Shown here in pieces: positions 49,540 through 58,488 of a stretch of DNA of 64,000 nucleotides. The position numbers were made by a program, and so were the translations under genes. Source of the stretch: an uncultured Chloroflexia bacterium. Its GTDB lineage: Bacteria; Chloroflexota; Limnocylindria; Limnocylindrales; CSP1-4. The DNA lies in the NCBI GenBank assembly GCA_963752475.1, contig CAVVYR010000008.1, positions 192,001 to 256,000 on the forward strand, written 5' to 3'. Position 1 is the stretch's first letter; every line of letters begins with the position of its first letter. The notes below the pieces were generated by a model that was not told the DNA's origin, did not search any database, and saw nothing but the letters and a program-made list of their open reading frames with translations.

Positions 49540-50292
49540 CTAGTCGGCTCGCGATCGGGCCCTTGGGTTGCGGGCCATCAGCTCGGTCGCCAGCGCGACC
49601 TCCACCAGTCCGACGAAGCCACCGACCGCCACCGAGACCAACCACGAGGCGCTGACCTCGACCCAGAACCCACTGTGATGGAGCGCGTGATGCACCCACT
49701 CGTGGACCGTGTGCTCGGCGATGATCAGCACGACCACCAGCGCGAAGATGTGAGGCCACGCCGTGCGACTCAACTGGTAGGTCCGCCCGAAGCCATCGAC
49801 GAGCCCATGACGCTCCTGCACGATGACCGGGCCGACGAGCGCGAAGAGCGTCATCCAGATGAGACCCGGGATGACGAAGAGCGCCAGGCCGATGATGGCT
49901 CCGACGATGAGGATGAGGTCCGCCATCACCAACCGGCCCCAGGGCAGCGACTTGAGCACGGTGCGGAAGTGGGTGCGGTGGCCCTTGAAGTACTCGTGAC
50001 CGACCGCCTCATCGAGGTAGCCGGCGTAGACGACCGGGCCAGCCAGCCGCACGAGCGTCGCCAGCAGTAGCCCGATGATGAAGCCGAGGCCACGGACCAG
50101 CCCCGGGTCCGCCTCGAGCGACTCGCGGAAGCCTCCGAGCAAGACCGATAGCAGCGGCGGCGGTACGAAGACGATGAATGCCACCAGCGCGACACGTAGG
50201 TAGTGCTGGCGCAGCATGCCCCACGCTTCACGCAGGACACGCCGATAGGTGAGTGGCCCCTCCCCCGGGGCGTACGTCGATCGTTGGTTCAC
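49540..50292 (-). CDS. Hypothetical integral membrane protein
   Basis: About 6 TM segments; ALFVIPGL..PVIVQER..RTYQL motif common in membrane hypotheticals. Confidence 0.75.
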   Translation of the reverse strand: MNQRSTYAPGEGPLTYRRVLREAWGMLRQHYLRVALVAFIVFVPPPLLSVLLGGFRESLEADPGLVRGLGFIIGLLLATLVRLAGPVVYAGYLDEAVGHEYFKGHRTHFRTVLKSLPWGRLVMADLILIVGAIIGLALFVIPGLIWMTLFALVGPVIVQERHGLVDGFGRTYQLSRTAWPHIFALVVVLIIAEHTVHEWVHHALHHSGFWVEVSASWLVSVAVGGFVGLVEVALATELMARNPRARSRAD

Positions 50293-50320
50293 GGGGGAAA
50301 GGCTACAAGGACGGACTCCC

Positions 50321-51055
50321 TCAGGCGCGGCGACGCAGCGTCAGGTAGCTCAGACCCAGGGCCACCACGCACCAGCCGGTCAGGAGGACGAAGGGACCGG
50401 CGGTGAGGGTGAAGGTGTCGGCGGCGAGCGATCCGCGGATGACCTCACCCATCGACTCGACCGGCAGCACATCGTGGACCTCCTGCAGCCACTCCGGCAG
50501 CCGGCTGGACGGGAAGTTGAGGGGGCTGAAGATGAGGACGGCCACGACCAGGATCTGCGTCAGCAGCATGGCGATCATCGGTGGCAGGACCGAGGCCATG
50601 GCGTAGCCGATGGCCGCGGACGTCGTAGCCACCAGCAGCACGGCCGGGATGATGGTCCAGCTGATCGAGAGCGTCAGGTCGAGTGCCCAGGAGCCGATCG
50701 CCACCGCGAAGACCACACCGGGCAGGACGATGGCCAGCATGACGGTCAGGTCAGCCATGAGGAACACCATCCTCGGCACGGGCAGGCTGCGCATGTAGTC
50801 GAGCGAGCCCTCCATCCGCGCCTGGGCCACTACCTGTGGCAACGCCACCAGGCCCATCGTGATGAGCGTGATGGCCGGGGCGCCGGTCGCGAGGAAGAGC
50901 ACGGTCATCTCGTCGATCGCGGGGAAGAGCAGTGGATAGCCAACGACGATGCCGAAGGCGAACGCGACCTGTACCACGATCGCCAACACGAGGAAGGCCT
51001 GGAGTCGCAAGATCTGCCATTCGATCAGCAGCCAGTAGCTACGCAGCGCGTGCAT
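50321..51055 (-). CDS. ABC-2 type exporter permease
   Basis: 6 TM segments, LDYMRSLPV, FSPLNFP..RLPEWL. Confidence 0.88.
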   Translation of the reverse strand: MHALRSYWLLIEWQILRLQAFLVLAIVVQVAFAFGIVVGYPLLFPAIDEMTVLFLATGAPAITLITMGLVALPQVVAQARMEGSLDYMRSLPVPRMVFLMADLTVMLAIVLPGVVFAVAIGSWALDLTLSISWTIIPAVLLVATTSAAIGYAMASVLPPMIAMLLTQILVVAVLIFSPLNFPSSRLPEWLQEVHDVLPVESMGEVIRGSLAADTFTLTAGPFVLLTGWCVVALGLSYLTLRRRA

Positions 51056-52034
51056 GGGAGACCTCCTGGGTCGACGCAAGGGGCGCCTCGGCCCGGGCGT
51101 CGGTGGACAAGGGGGAGACGAGGTCGACGTAGACGTCCTCGAGCGTGGCCGGTGTCAACGAGAACTCGCCGATGACCCCGTCGCCGCGCAGGGACTGGGC
51201 CCATTCGACGGCGAGGGCCGCATCCGAGGACTCGATGATGGCGCGGGCGCGGACACCCTTGAGGTCGTAGCGCTGCACGAACGGTCGTGGCGCCACCACC
51301 GCCCGGGGTTCGAGCGTCAGGTCCAGCCGCAGCTCGTGCTCGAGATCGGCCTTGAGCTGTGCGGGCGTGCCCTCGGCCACGACGCGGCCGGCATCGAGGA
51401 CCGCTAGCCGGTCGACCGCGCGCTCGGCTTCGACCACGTTGTGAGTCACGAGCAGCACGGTGTTGCCCTCGTCGGCCAGAGCCCGAACCGCATCCCACAG
51501 GAGGCGGCGGCGAACCGGGTCGACATCGTTGGTGGGCTCGTCGAGCATGATCACGCGACCGGGCACGATCGCCGCCATGGCGAACGAGACGAGCCGCTTC
51601 ACACCACCCGAAAGTTTCTCACCGTCGGTCTCGAGCCACTCTCCGATGTCAAGGGCCTCGACGAGCATGTCGCGCCGAGCCTCGACCGCAGCCGACTGAC
51701 CACCACGGATGCGGCCGATGAGGTCGATGGCCTGGCGTGGCTTCAGCCCGGTGATGGGCAACTGCGCCTGAGGCTGCAGTGAGCAGACCTGTCGCGCGTG
51801 GCTCGGGTCGCCGACGAGGTCGACGCCGTCGACGTGGATGGTGCCGGCGTCCGGCTTGAGCGATCCGACCACCTGGTTGACGAGCGTGGTCTTGCCCGCA
51901 CCGTTGTGGCCGAGCAGGCCGTAGACCTGGCCCGCATCGGCCCGCAGCGTGATGCCGTCGTTGGCGCGCACGCCCTCTCCTCGCCGGAGGCGTCTCCGGT
52001 AGGTCTTCCTGATGTCGTGGATCTCCAGCAGCAT
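51039..52034 (-). CDS. ABC exporter ATP-binding protein (DrrA-like)
   Basis: GHNGAGKTT, LSGG, LDEPTNDVDP, TLEDVY; RBS GGGAG before ATG 52034. Confidence 0.92.
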   Translation of the reverse strand: MLLEIHDIRKTYRRRLRRGEGVRANDGITLRADAGQVYGLLGHNGAGKTTLVNQVVGSLKPDAGTIHVDGVDLVGDPSHARQVCSLQPQAQLPITGLKPRQAIDLIGRIRGGQSAAVEARRDMLVEALDIGEWLETDGEKLSGGVKRLVSFAMAAIVPGRVIMLDEPTNDVDPVRRRLLWDAVRALADEGNTVLLVTHNVVEAERAVDRLAVLDAGRVVAEGTPAQLKADLEHELRLDLTLEPRAVVAPRPFVQRYDLKGVRARAIIESSDAALAVEWAQSLRGDGVIGEFSLTPATLEDVYVDLVSPLSTDARAEAPLASTQEVSHARAA

Positions 52035-52086
52035 GGCTCCCTGTTTCCTCGTACTTGGCTGTGTGTCCTGTGTCGTGGGCATCCGG

Positions 52087-52154
52087 ATACCCATCAGTAT
52101 CCACATACCGTCTGGCATGTCAATACCTTTCAGTATATGAATACCAAGTGGTAT
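52087..52154. promoter_or_regulatory. Four tandem palindromic operators ATAC-N6-G(T/C)AT at 18-bp period, overlapping divergent promoters
   Basis: Sites start at 52087, 52105, 52123 and 52141; minus-strand TTGACA at 52123-52118. Confidence 0.85.
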
Positions 52155-52164
52155 CCTTCGAGCC

Positions 52165-52956
52165 ATGTCCAGGGAAACGAAGGCCGACAAGGCGGTTCGA
52201 GACGCCGCCGACGAGATCCGTCGCGAGACGCGCGCGGCCGCAGCTGAGGTGCGCCTGGAGCTGGGTGCAGCCAAGCGCGAGACGAGCGCAGCGATGCGAG
52301 AGGCCATGGCGGAGGTTCGAGCTGCGCTGAGCGCGATCTGGGAGCCAGAAGAGGCAGCCCCGTCCTCCACCAAGTCCGGCACCGGTGGACGTATGTCACG
52401 CGCTCAGCGCAAGGAGATGACCCGCGAGCTGCTGCTCGACGCAGCCATCGAGGTCTTCGCCGCGAAGGGCTACCACGGCGCCTCGCTCGACGACGTGGCC
52501 GACGCTGCCGGTTTCACGAAGGGCGCGGTCTATTCCAACTTCACCCGCAAGTCGGATCTCTTCCGTGCGCTTCTCGAACGCGAGGCTGGTCGCTATGACG
52601 AGGCGCTCACACAGACCGTGCTGAAGGTGCCGCTGGAGCTCTTGCCGGACGTGGCCGCGGAGCTGTTGGCAGCACCGGAGTCCGACCCCGAGACGCAGGT
52701 ACTGCTGGTCGAGTTCTGGTTGGCGGCCGTCCGGGACCCTAGCCTGCGACGATCCTTGCTGAACACCACCGAAGTCGTCGGTGAGGCCGTGGACACCAAG
52801 CTGCGGGAGTCAGGCACACAGCCCGGGTTCAGCGGTCGCCAATTCGCGGTCGTCTTCGACGCGCTCGTGACCGGGTTGCTGATGAACCGGACCCTCGACC
52901 CGGACGGCGATCAGCCGGAGCTGCTGGCTCGCGCGATGCGCAAGCTGCTGGCCTAG
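52165..52956 (+). CDS. TetR/AcrR family regulator with N-terminal helical extension (alternative start 52393)
   Basis: TRELLLDAAIEVFAAKGYHGASLDDVADAAGFTKGAVYSNF. Confidence 0.92.
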   Translation: MSRETKADKAVRDAADEIRRETRAAAAEVRLELGAAKRETSAAMREAMAEVRAALSAIWEPEEAAPSSTKSGTGGRMSRAQRKEMTRELLLDAAIEVFAAKGYHGASLDDVADAAGFTKGAVYSNFTRKSDLFRALLEREAGRYDEALTQTVLKVPLELLPDVAAELLAAPESDPETQVLLVEFWLAAVRDPSLRRSLLNTTEVVGEAVDTKLRESGTQPGFSGRQFAVVFDALVTGLLMNRTLDPDGDQPELLARAMRKLLA

Positions 52957-53123
52957 GTCGCGAGGCGGTCCTTCACCGAGCGGATCATCGTCAGCCGCTC
53001 GACGGCCGCGGGTTCCTGTGCCGGACGCCGCAGCTCGCCGACGGCAACGGCGCCGCGGGCAGCATCGGTGGAGGGTAGCGCTGCGGATGTGCCAGAGGCA
53101 GCCGGGCGACGCATACTGAGGCC

Positions 53124-53591
53124 ATGAGATCCACACTCATGATCGCCCTCGCGGCCCTGCTGCTCCTCACCCTCAGCGCCTGTCGCGCACTCCCCACCGG
53201 CTTCCTCGACGCTGATGGTGACCCGACCATCGAAGCCGAGCCCACGCCCATCACCAAGACCTACTGCGAATCGGGCGCCGACCTGCGGACCGATGTCGAG
53301 TTCCTGCGCTCCGTCGAGGTCTCCGACGATGGGCTGCTCCAGCTCATCGTCTCGGTCGATGCCACGCTGGGCGAGGCGCGGACGTTCGCGATCCTCGCGG
53401 GCGAGGAGTTCGGTCCCTCCGTCGAGGACGTGATCCTGTCGCTGCAGGACCTGCGAGATATCGCCGATGAGCTCGAGGACCAGGAGACCATCGGCGCGGG
53501 TATCGCCACGCTCGGTGAGTCGATCACCGCCGTCGGCGAAGCGATGGACGTGCTGGCACTACAGCTGCGCGAACCCTGCCCGGAGGCATAG
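53124..53591 (+). CDS. Hypothetical lipoprotein
   Basis: Lipobox LSAC; acidic helical domain. Confidence 0.72.
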   Translation: MRSTLMIALAALLLLTLSACRALPTGFLDADGDPTIEAEPTPITKTYCESGADLRTDVEFLRSVEVSDDGLLQLIVSVDATLGEARTFAILAGEEFGPSVEDVILSLQDLRDIADELEDQETIGAGIATLGESITAVGEAMDVLALQLREPCPEA

Positions 53592-53593
53592 CC

Positions 53594-54436
53594 ATGAGGA
53601 TCGTCGTCACGGGAGGCAGCGGCAAGGGCGGCCGTTGGGTCGTGGAGCGCCTGCGTGCTTCGGGCTACGACGTGCTCAACGTCGACTGGACGCACGACGG
53701 CAGCGCCCATGGTCTCTGCCTCGTGGCCGACCTGACCGACCCGGGCCAGGCGCTCGAGGCACTCGCGGGAGCGGATGCGGTGGTGCACTTCGCGGCCATC
53801 CCGGCACCTGAGGTACGACCGCCCGCGGAGACCTTCCGCATCAACATGCTCTCGGCCTACAACGTCTTCGCCGCGGCTGAGGCGCAGGAGCTTGGGCGCG
53901 TCGTGTACGCCTCGAGCGAGACGGTCCTCGGCCTGCCCTTCGACGAGCCGCCGGCCTTCGCGCCCATCGACGAGACACACCCCTCCCGACCGGAATCGTC
54001 GTACTCGCTATCGAAGCTCGCTGGCGAAGCCATCGCCGCACAGTTCGTCCGGCGCACGAAGGTGCCCTACATCGGCCTGCGCATCAGCAACATCATGGAG
54101 CCGGAGGACTACCGGGCCTTCCCCGGCTACTGGGACGACCCCCTGCTGCGCAAGTGGAACCTGTGGGGCTACGTCGATGCTCGTGACGTCGCGGCTGCCG
54201 TCGAACAAGCACTCACCGCTGAGGTCGCCGGACACGAGATCGCCATCATCGCGGCGGCTGACACGTGCATGACGCGCACGAGCAGCGACCTCATGGCCGA
54301 GGTGTATCCGGATGTCCGCCTGACGCGTGAGGTGCGCGGCCACGAGACGCTGCTGGCGATCGATCGTGCGCGCGAGGTGCTGGGCTACGAGCCCAGCCAC
54401 AGCTGGCGGGACGAGGTGGACGAACCGCGCGGCTGA
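53594..54436 (+). CDS. NAD-dependent epimerase/dehydratase family protein
   Basis: VTGGSGKGG, YASSE, YSLSK, YVDARD. Confidence 0.92.
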   Translation: MRIVVTGGSGKGGRWVVERLRASGYDVLNVDWTHDGSAHGLCLVADLTDPGQALEALAGADAVVHFAAIPAPEVRPPAETFRINMLSAYNVFAAAEAQELGRVVYASSETVLGLPFDEPPAFAPIDETHPSRPESSYSLSKLAGEAIAAQFVRRTKVPYIGLRISNIMEPEDYRAFPGYWDDPLLRKWNLWGYVDARDVAAAVEQALTAEVAGHEIAIIAAADTCMTRTSSDLMAEVYPDVRLTREVRGHETLLAIDRAREVLGYEPSHSWRDEVDEPRG

Positions 54437-54443
54437 ACGGCCG

Positions 54444-55094
54444 TCAGGCCGCGTCGAGCTCCGGGTACTCGGGCGTCTGCACGATACCCAGCGTGCCGAG
54501 GGGCCAGAAGCGGAGCCACGCCCGTCCGACGACGTCGTCAGTGTCGACGAGGCCGACCGAGTTGTTGCGTGAGTCGGTCGAGCGCATGCGGTGGTCACCG
54601 AGCACGAGGAGTTGACGTTCGGGCACGTCCCACTCGTTTCCGGCGTTCTTGGCCACGGTGGGCTCGTTCTCGCCTGGCGCCGGGTAGGTGTACTCGGTCT
54701 CGTCGAGCTGCACGCCGTTGACGTAGACGAGGCCGTTGGCGATGACCACGTTGTCACCACCGACGCCGATGACCCGCTTGATGTACGGCGTCTCGTCGGT
54801 CGCACCGTTGGGATGGAAGACGATGATGTCACCACGGGAGTAGTCATCGAAGCGCGGTGTGAGCTTGTCGATGAGCAGATGCTCACCCGACTGCAGCGTG
54901 TTCTGCATCGAGGTCTGCTCGACGCGGAAGGTCTGCACGATGAAGGTCGTGATGATCAGATAGAGGACGATGGCAAGGCCGACCGTGGTGGCGATCTCGA
55001 CGACGGCGTCCTTGATCCTGGAGCGGCTGCTGGGCTGCTCCTGAGCGTCAGGCATCTCTGGGGCTGCTGGATATGGTGCGGGCTCGCCCGTCAC
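54444..55094 (-). CDS. lepB: Signal peptidase I
   Basis: SMQNTL, RGDIIVF, YIKRVIG, GDHRMRSTDSR; one TM anchor. Confidence 0.93.
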   Translation of the reverse strand: MTGEPAPYPAAPEMPDAQEQPSSRSRIKDAVVEIATTVGLAIVLYLIITTFIVQTFRVEQTSMQNTLQSGEHLLIDKLTPRFDDYSRGDIIVFHPNGATDETPYIKRVIGVGGDNVVIANGLVYVNGVQLDETEYTYPAPGENEPTVAKNAGNEWDVPERQLLVLGDHRMRSTDSRNNSVGLVDTDDVVGRAWLRFWPLGTLGIVQTPEYPELDAA

Positions 55095-55200
55095 GTAGTC
55101 ACCTCTGAAGGTAGGGCATGCGCCGGGTATGCAGGCGCTGGGCCCAAGAGTAGCCGCTATCGCGGTTCTGCTCCTGTGGTGATCCTCGTGCGGCCGCCGG

Positions 55201-56352
55201 CTACAGGTCGGACGGATCCTCCACCGGCTCGGCCGTCGCGACCTCGGTCTCGACAGGCGCGGGATCGTCGGTCGCTGCGGCGGTGTCGACCAGCTCCCAG
55301 ACATCGGACTTGGCGCCGTTCGCGGCCTCGCCACCGAATAGCAGCATGCGGCCACGCTCGACATCGGTGATGAGGGTACCGGCGGATCGTGCCGCCGGGT
55401 GGTTGCCGTCGACACGCACGCGTTCGAAGGCCAGCGTCTCGCGGTCGACACGCCAAAGGTCGGAGAGCTTGGCGTTGTCCTCCCCTGCCCCGCCGAAGAT
55501 GTAGGCGTCCGCGCCAGCCTCGGTCACGCCGTACAGCCGTCGCCAATCGGCCCGCGGCTCGTCGTGCTTGGCCCAGGTCTTGGTCTTGCCCGTCGACCAC
55601 AGGTCGCCGAGAGCGAAGTTGCCGTCGTCCTGACCGCCATAGAGCACGAGGTCGCCGGCCGCCGAGGTGAAGCACTCGTGGAGGCAGCGCTCTCCGGGCT
55701 TGCGACCGTCGGGCGTGATGACCGCCCACCTCTCGGTCTTGAGGTTGTAGGCGCGGGTGTCGTCGAAGCGGCCCGAGTCGGTGAATCCGTGGCTGATCCA
55801 GAGGCGGCCATCCGGGCCCACGACCATGCACGAGCCGTAGCGGCGCTTGGGCACCTGGCCCTTGGCCGGCAGCTCTCGCCAGCGCTTCTTGTCCGCGTCG
55901 TAGACCCACAGATCATCGAAGAAGTCGTCACCCAGCTGTCCGGCGAAGACGACCATGCCCAGGCCCTCGGCCCAGACGGCGTTGTGCCCGAAGCGTGGTT
56001 CGGGTGTCTTGCCCTTGGGCTTGATCTTCTTCCACACGTCCTTGGTCAGGTCGTATCGCCAGAGGTCGCCGTACTCCTTGCTCCCGTCGCGGCCGCCGAA
56101 GAGGTAGGCGAAGCGCCCCTCGGCGTCGACGGTCCAGGTGTGGTCCTCACGCGCTGCGGGGCCGCGATCCAGCGTGATCTTGCGCCACTTGGGCTCGACG
56201 AGATCGATGGTGGGGTCGGTCGCCTGTGCCGCCGGGGCGGTCGCGGGCGATGCCGAAGGGTCGGGTTCGGTCTCGGCCTGGGCGAGCGCTGAGCCCCCCA
56301 GCGCGGAGAACGAGAAGGCCAGCACAAGGCTGGTGACGAGTGTTCTGCGCAT
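55201..56352 (-). CDS. Secreted Kelch-repeat beta-propeller protein
   Basis: Signal peptide; about 6 repeats of P..R..H...FGG...DLW.YD....W. Confidence 0.88.
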   Translation of the reverse strand: MRRTLVTSLVLAFSFSALGGSALAQAETEPDPSASPATAPAAQATDPTIDLVEPKWRKITLDRGPAAREDHTWTVDAEGRFAYLFGGRDGSKEYGDLWRYDLTKDVWKKIKPKGKTPEPRFGHNAVWAEGLGMVVFAGQLGDDFFDDLWVYDADKKRWRELPAKGQVPKRRYGSCMVVGPDGRLWISHGFTDSGRFDDTRAYNLKTERWAVITPDGRKPGERCLHECFTSAAGDLVLYGGQDDGNFALGDLWSTGKTKTWAKHDEPRADWRRLYGVTEAGADAYIFGGAGEDNAKLSDLWRVDRETLAFERVRVDGNHPAARSAGTLITDVERGRMLLFGGEAANGAKSDVWELVDTAAATDDPAPVETEVATAEPVEDPSDL

Positions 56353-56477
56353 GGTCAGCGATGGTGCCTCTGCTCCGTGACGTGTCGATGACGTGGGTTG
56401 GATTCGCTCGACTCCAAGCGTAGGCTGTCGGCATCCGCCGGGCGCGACCCGGTCAGTTCGTGCATAGGAGGGAAGGC

Positions 56478-56852
56478 ATGATCAAGGAGTTCCGGGAGTT
56501 CCTGTTCCGGGGCAATGTCGTGGACCTGGCCGTCGCGGTCGTCATCGGTGCCGCGTTCGGGACCATCATCACCTCGTTCGTGGAGGACATCCTGACCCCG
56601 CTGCTGGGGCTCCTTGGGATCCCCGACTTCACGACCTGGGTCATCGAGATCGGTGACGCAGAGATGCGCATCGGCCTGTTCCTCAACGCCCTTATCTCCT
56701 TCGGGCTCATCGCGGCCGCGATCTTCTTCGTCGTGGTCAAGCCGATGCAGGCCATCCAGGCCGCCCGGGCTAGCGAAGAGGAGGAAGAGGAAGCCGGTCC
56801 CAGCGAGGTCGATCTGCTGACCGAGATCCGCGACGAGCTTCGCAAGGGCTGA
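56478..56852 (+). CDS. mscL: Large-conductance mechanosensitive channel
   Basis: EFREFLFRGNVVDLAVAVVIGAAF, LLTEIRDEL. Confidence 0.96.
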   Translation: MIKEFREFLFRGNVVDLAVAVVIGAAFGTIITSFVEDILTPLLGLLGIPDFTTWVIEIGDAEMRIGLFLNALISFGLIAAAIFFVVVKPMQAIQAARASEEEEEEAGPSEVDLLTEIRDELRKG

Positions 56853-56877
56853 CGCGACTCACCGAAAGACGACGAAA

Positions 56878-56934
56878 CGGGCGCCCATCCGGGCGCCCGC
56901 CTGCTGATCGAAGGGGCGCCGAGTGGCGCCCCTT
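56878..56934. terminator. Two hairpins between convergent mscL and rplY
   Basis: CGGGCGCCC-atcc-GGGCGCCCG and AAGGGGCGCC-gagt-GGCGCCCCTT. Confidence 0.75.
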
Positions 56935-56946
56935 TGGTGTGTCTGG

Positions 56947-57633
56947 TTAGCCGGCGTCCTCGGCGGACTCGCCACCCTCGGTGGCTTCCTCGCCTTCGGT
57001 CTCGCCCTCGGCAGCCTCGGCGCCTTCCTCGAGCTCCTCGCCCTCGGCAGCCTCGGGGTAGATCTCTTCCTCGACGCGCGGCGGCTGGACGCGCGCCAGC
57101 GGCTCCTCCGGGTCGGTCAGGATCTCCACACCCTCGGGCACGTTGAGGTCGCTCACGTGGAGCACGGCTTCGAACGAGTCGAGCGGCGTGATATCCAGGT
57201 CGATAGCCGACGGCAGCTCCGTGGCCAGGGCGCTGATCGACACGCTCTCGCGAAGGTGGAGCAGCGTGCCGCCCAGCTTGTCCGCGGCGGTGGAGTCACC
57301 CATGTAGTTGACGGGCACATCGATGGTGATGGCCTCGGTCATGGAGACGACCTGGAAGTCGACGTGCATGGGGTTGCGCTTGACCGGGTGCTCGTGGATG
57401 CCCTGCAACAGCACCGGCGTGGCCCTGGCCTTGCCGATCTTCAGGTCGACCAGCGTGTTCTTGGTCGTGGTGCGACGAAGGACATCGAACTCGCGCGCGT
57501 CAAGCTGGATGTTCTGGGACTCCGTGCCTCCGCCGTAGACCACGGCGGGCAGGACGCCTTCACGGCGCAGATTGCTGACCTTCTTGCCGACGACCTCTCG
57601 GGGCTCGGCAGACACGACCGGACGGGTGCTCAC
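56947..57633 (-). CDS. rplY: 50S ribosomal protein L25 / Ctc
   Basis: LRREGVLPAVVYG, HPVK..MHVDF, acidic tail. Confidence 0.95.
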   Translation of the reverse strand: MSTRPVVSAEPREVVGKKVSNLRREGVLPAVVYGGGTESQNIQLDAREFDVLRRTTTKNTLVDLKIGKARATPVLLQGIHEHPVKRNPMHVDFQVVSMTEAITIDVPVNYMGDSTAADKLGGTLLHLRESVSISALATELPSAIDLDITPLDSFEAVLHVSDLNVPEGVEILTDPEEPLARVQPPRVEEEIYPEAAEGEELEEGAEAAEGETEGEEATEGGESAEDAG

Positions 57634-57779
57634 TGGATGACCTCTAGGAAATCGTTGGTCCGACTAGGCGGACGGTTGCTCCGCTCTGGGCAGACAGACG
57701 GACGTCCTACTGGGTGGACGGCCGTGAATCGTAGCACGTACGGCCGAAATGTCACTCCGATGTACCATCGATGCACTCT

Positions 57780-58478
57780 ATGTCAGCAACCATCCTCATC
57801 GTCGAAGACGAATACGCGGTCGCCCGCGGAATCCAATACGCCCTCGAGCAGGAGGGCTATCAGGTCACCGTGGCCGGTTCAGGCGAGGAAGCGCTCGAGA
57901 TCGCCGGTGAGCTCGCGCCGGACCTCGTGGTGCTCGATGTGCGCATGCCCGGGATCGATGGCTTCGAGACGCTGCGACGCCTGCGTTCGGATGGCTCCAA
58001 GGCTCCGGTGCTGATGCTGACCGCACGCGACGAAGAGATGGACAAGGTCATCGGCCTGGAGATGGGCGCGGACGACTACATGACCAAGCCCTTCGGCCTG
58101 CGCGAGCTGCAGAGCCGCATCAAGGCCCTTCTGCGTCGTGCCTACGGCGACCTCGCGGACGCCATGGGCGGTCGCCTCCTCCGCCACCGCGACCTCGTCA
58201 TCGACCTCGACCGGCGCCGGGTCCAGCGCGGCGAGAAGCGCATCAGCCTCACGGCCACGGAATTCGAGATCCTGCGCCACCTCGCGTCCAAGCCCGGACG
58301 GGTCTTCTCGCGGCGTGAGCTGCTGGAGCTGGTGCGCGACTACGAGGCGCTGGACCAGGACGAAAAGACCATCAACGTCCACGTCAGCCACCTGCGCGAG
58401 AAGCTCGAGGACGACCCTGTCGATCCCACCTTCATCCTCACCATCCGTGGTGCCGGCTACGCCTTCGCCGAGCGCTGA
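57780..58478 (+). CDS. OmpR/PhoB family response regulator
   Basis: IVEDE, VLDVRMP, GADDYMTKPF, VHVSHLREKLE..TIRGAGY. Confidence 0.95.
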   Translation: MSATILIVEDEYAVARGIQYALEQEGYQVTVAGSGEEALEIAGELAPDLVVLDVRMPGIDGFETLRRLRSDGSKAPVLMLTARDEEMDKVIGLEMGADDYMTKPFGLRELQSRIKALLRRAYGDLADAMGGRLLRHRDLVIDLDRRRVQRGEKRISLTATEFEILRHLASKPGRVFSRRELLELVRDYEALDQDEKTINVHVSHLREKLEDDPVDPTFILTIRGAGYAFAER

Positions 58479-58488
58479 GTAAGGGCTG

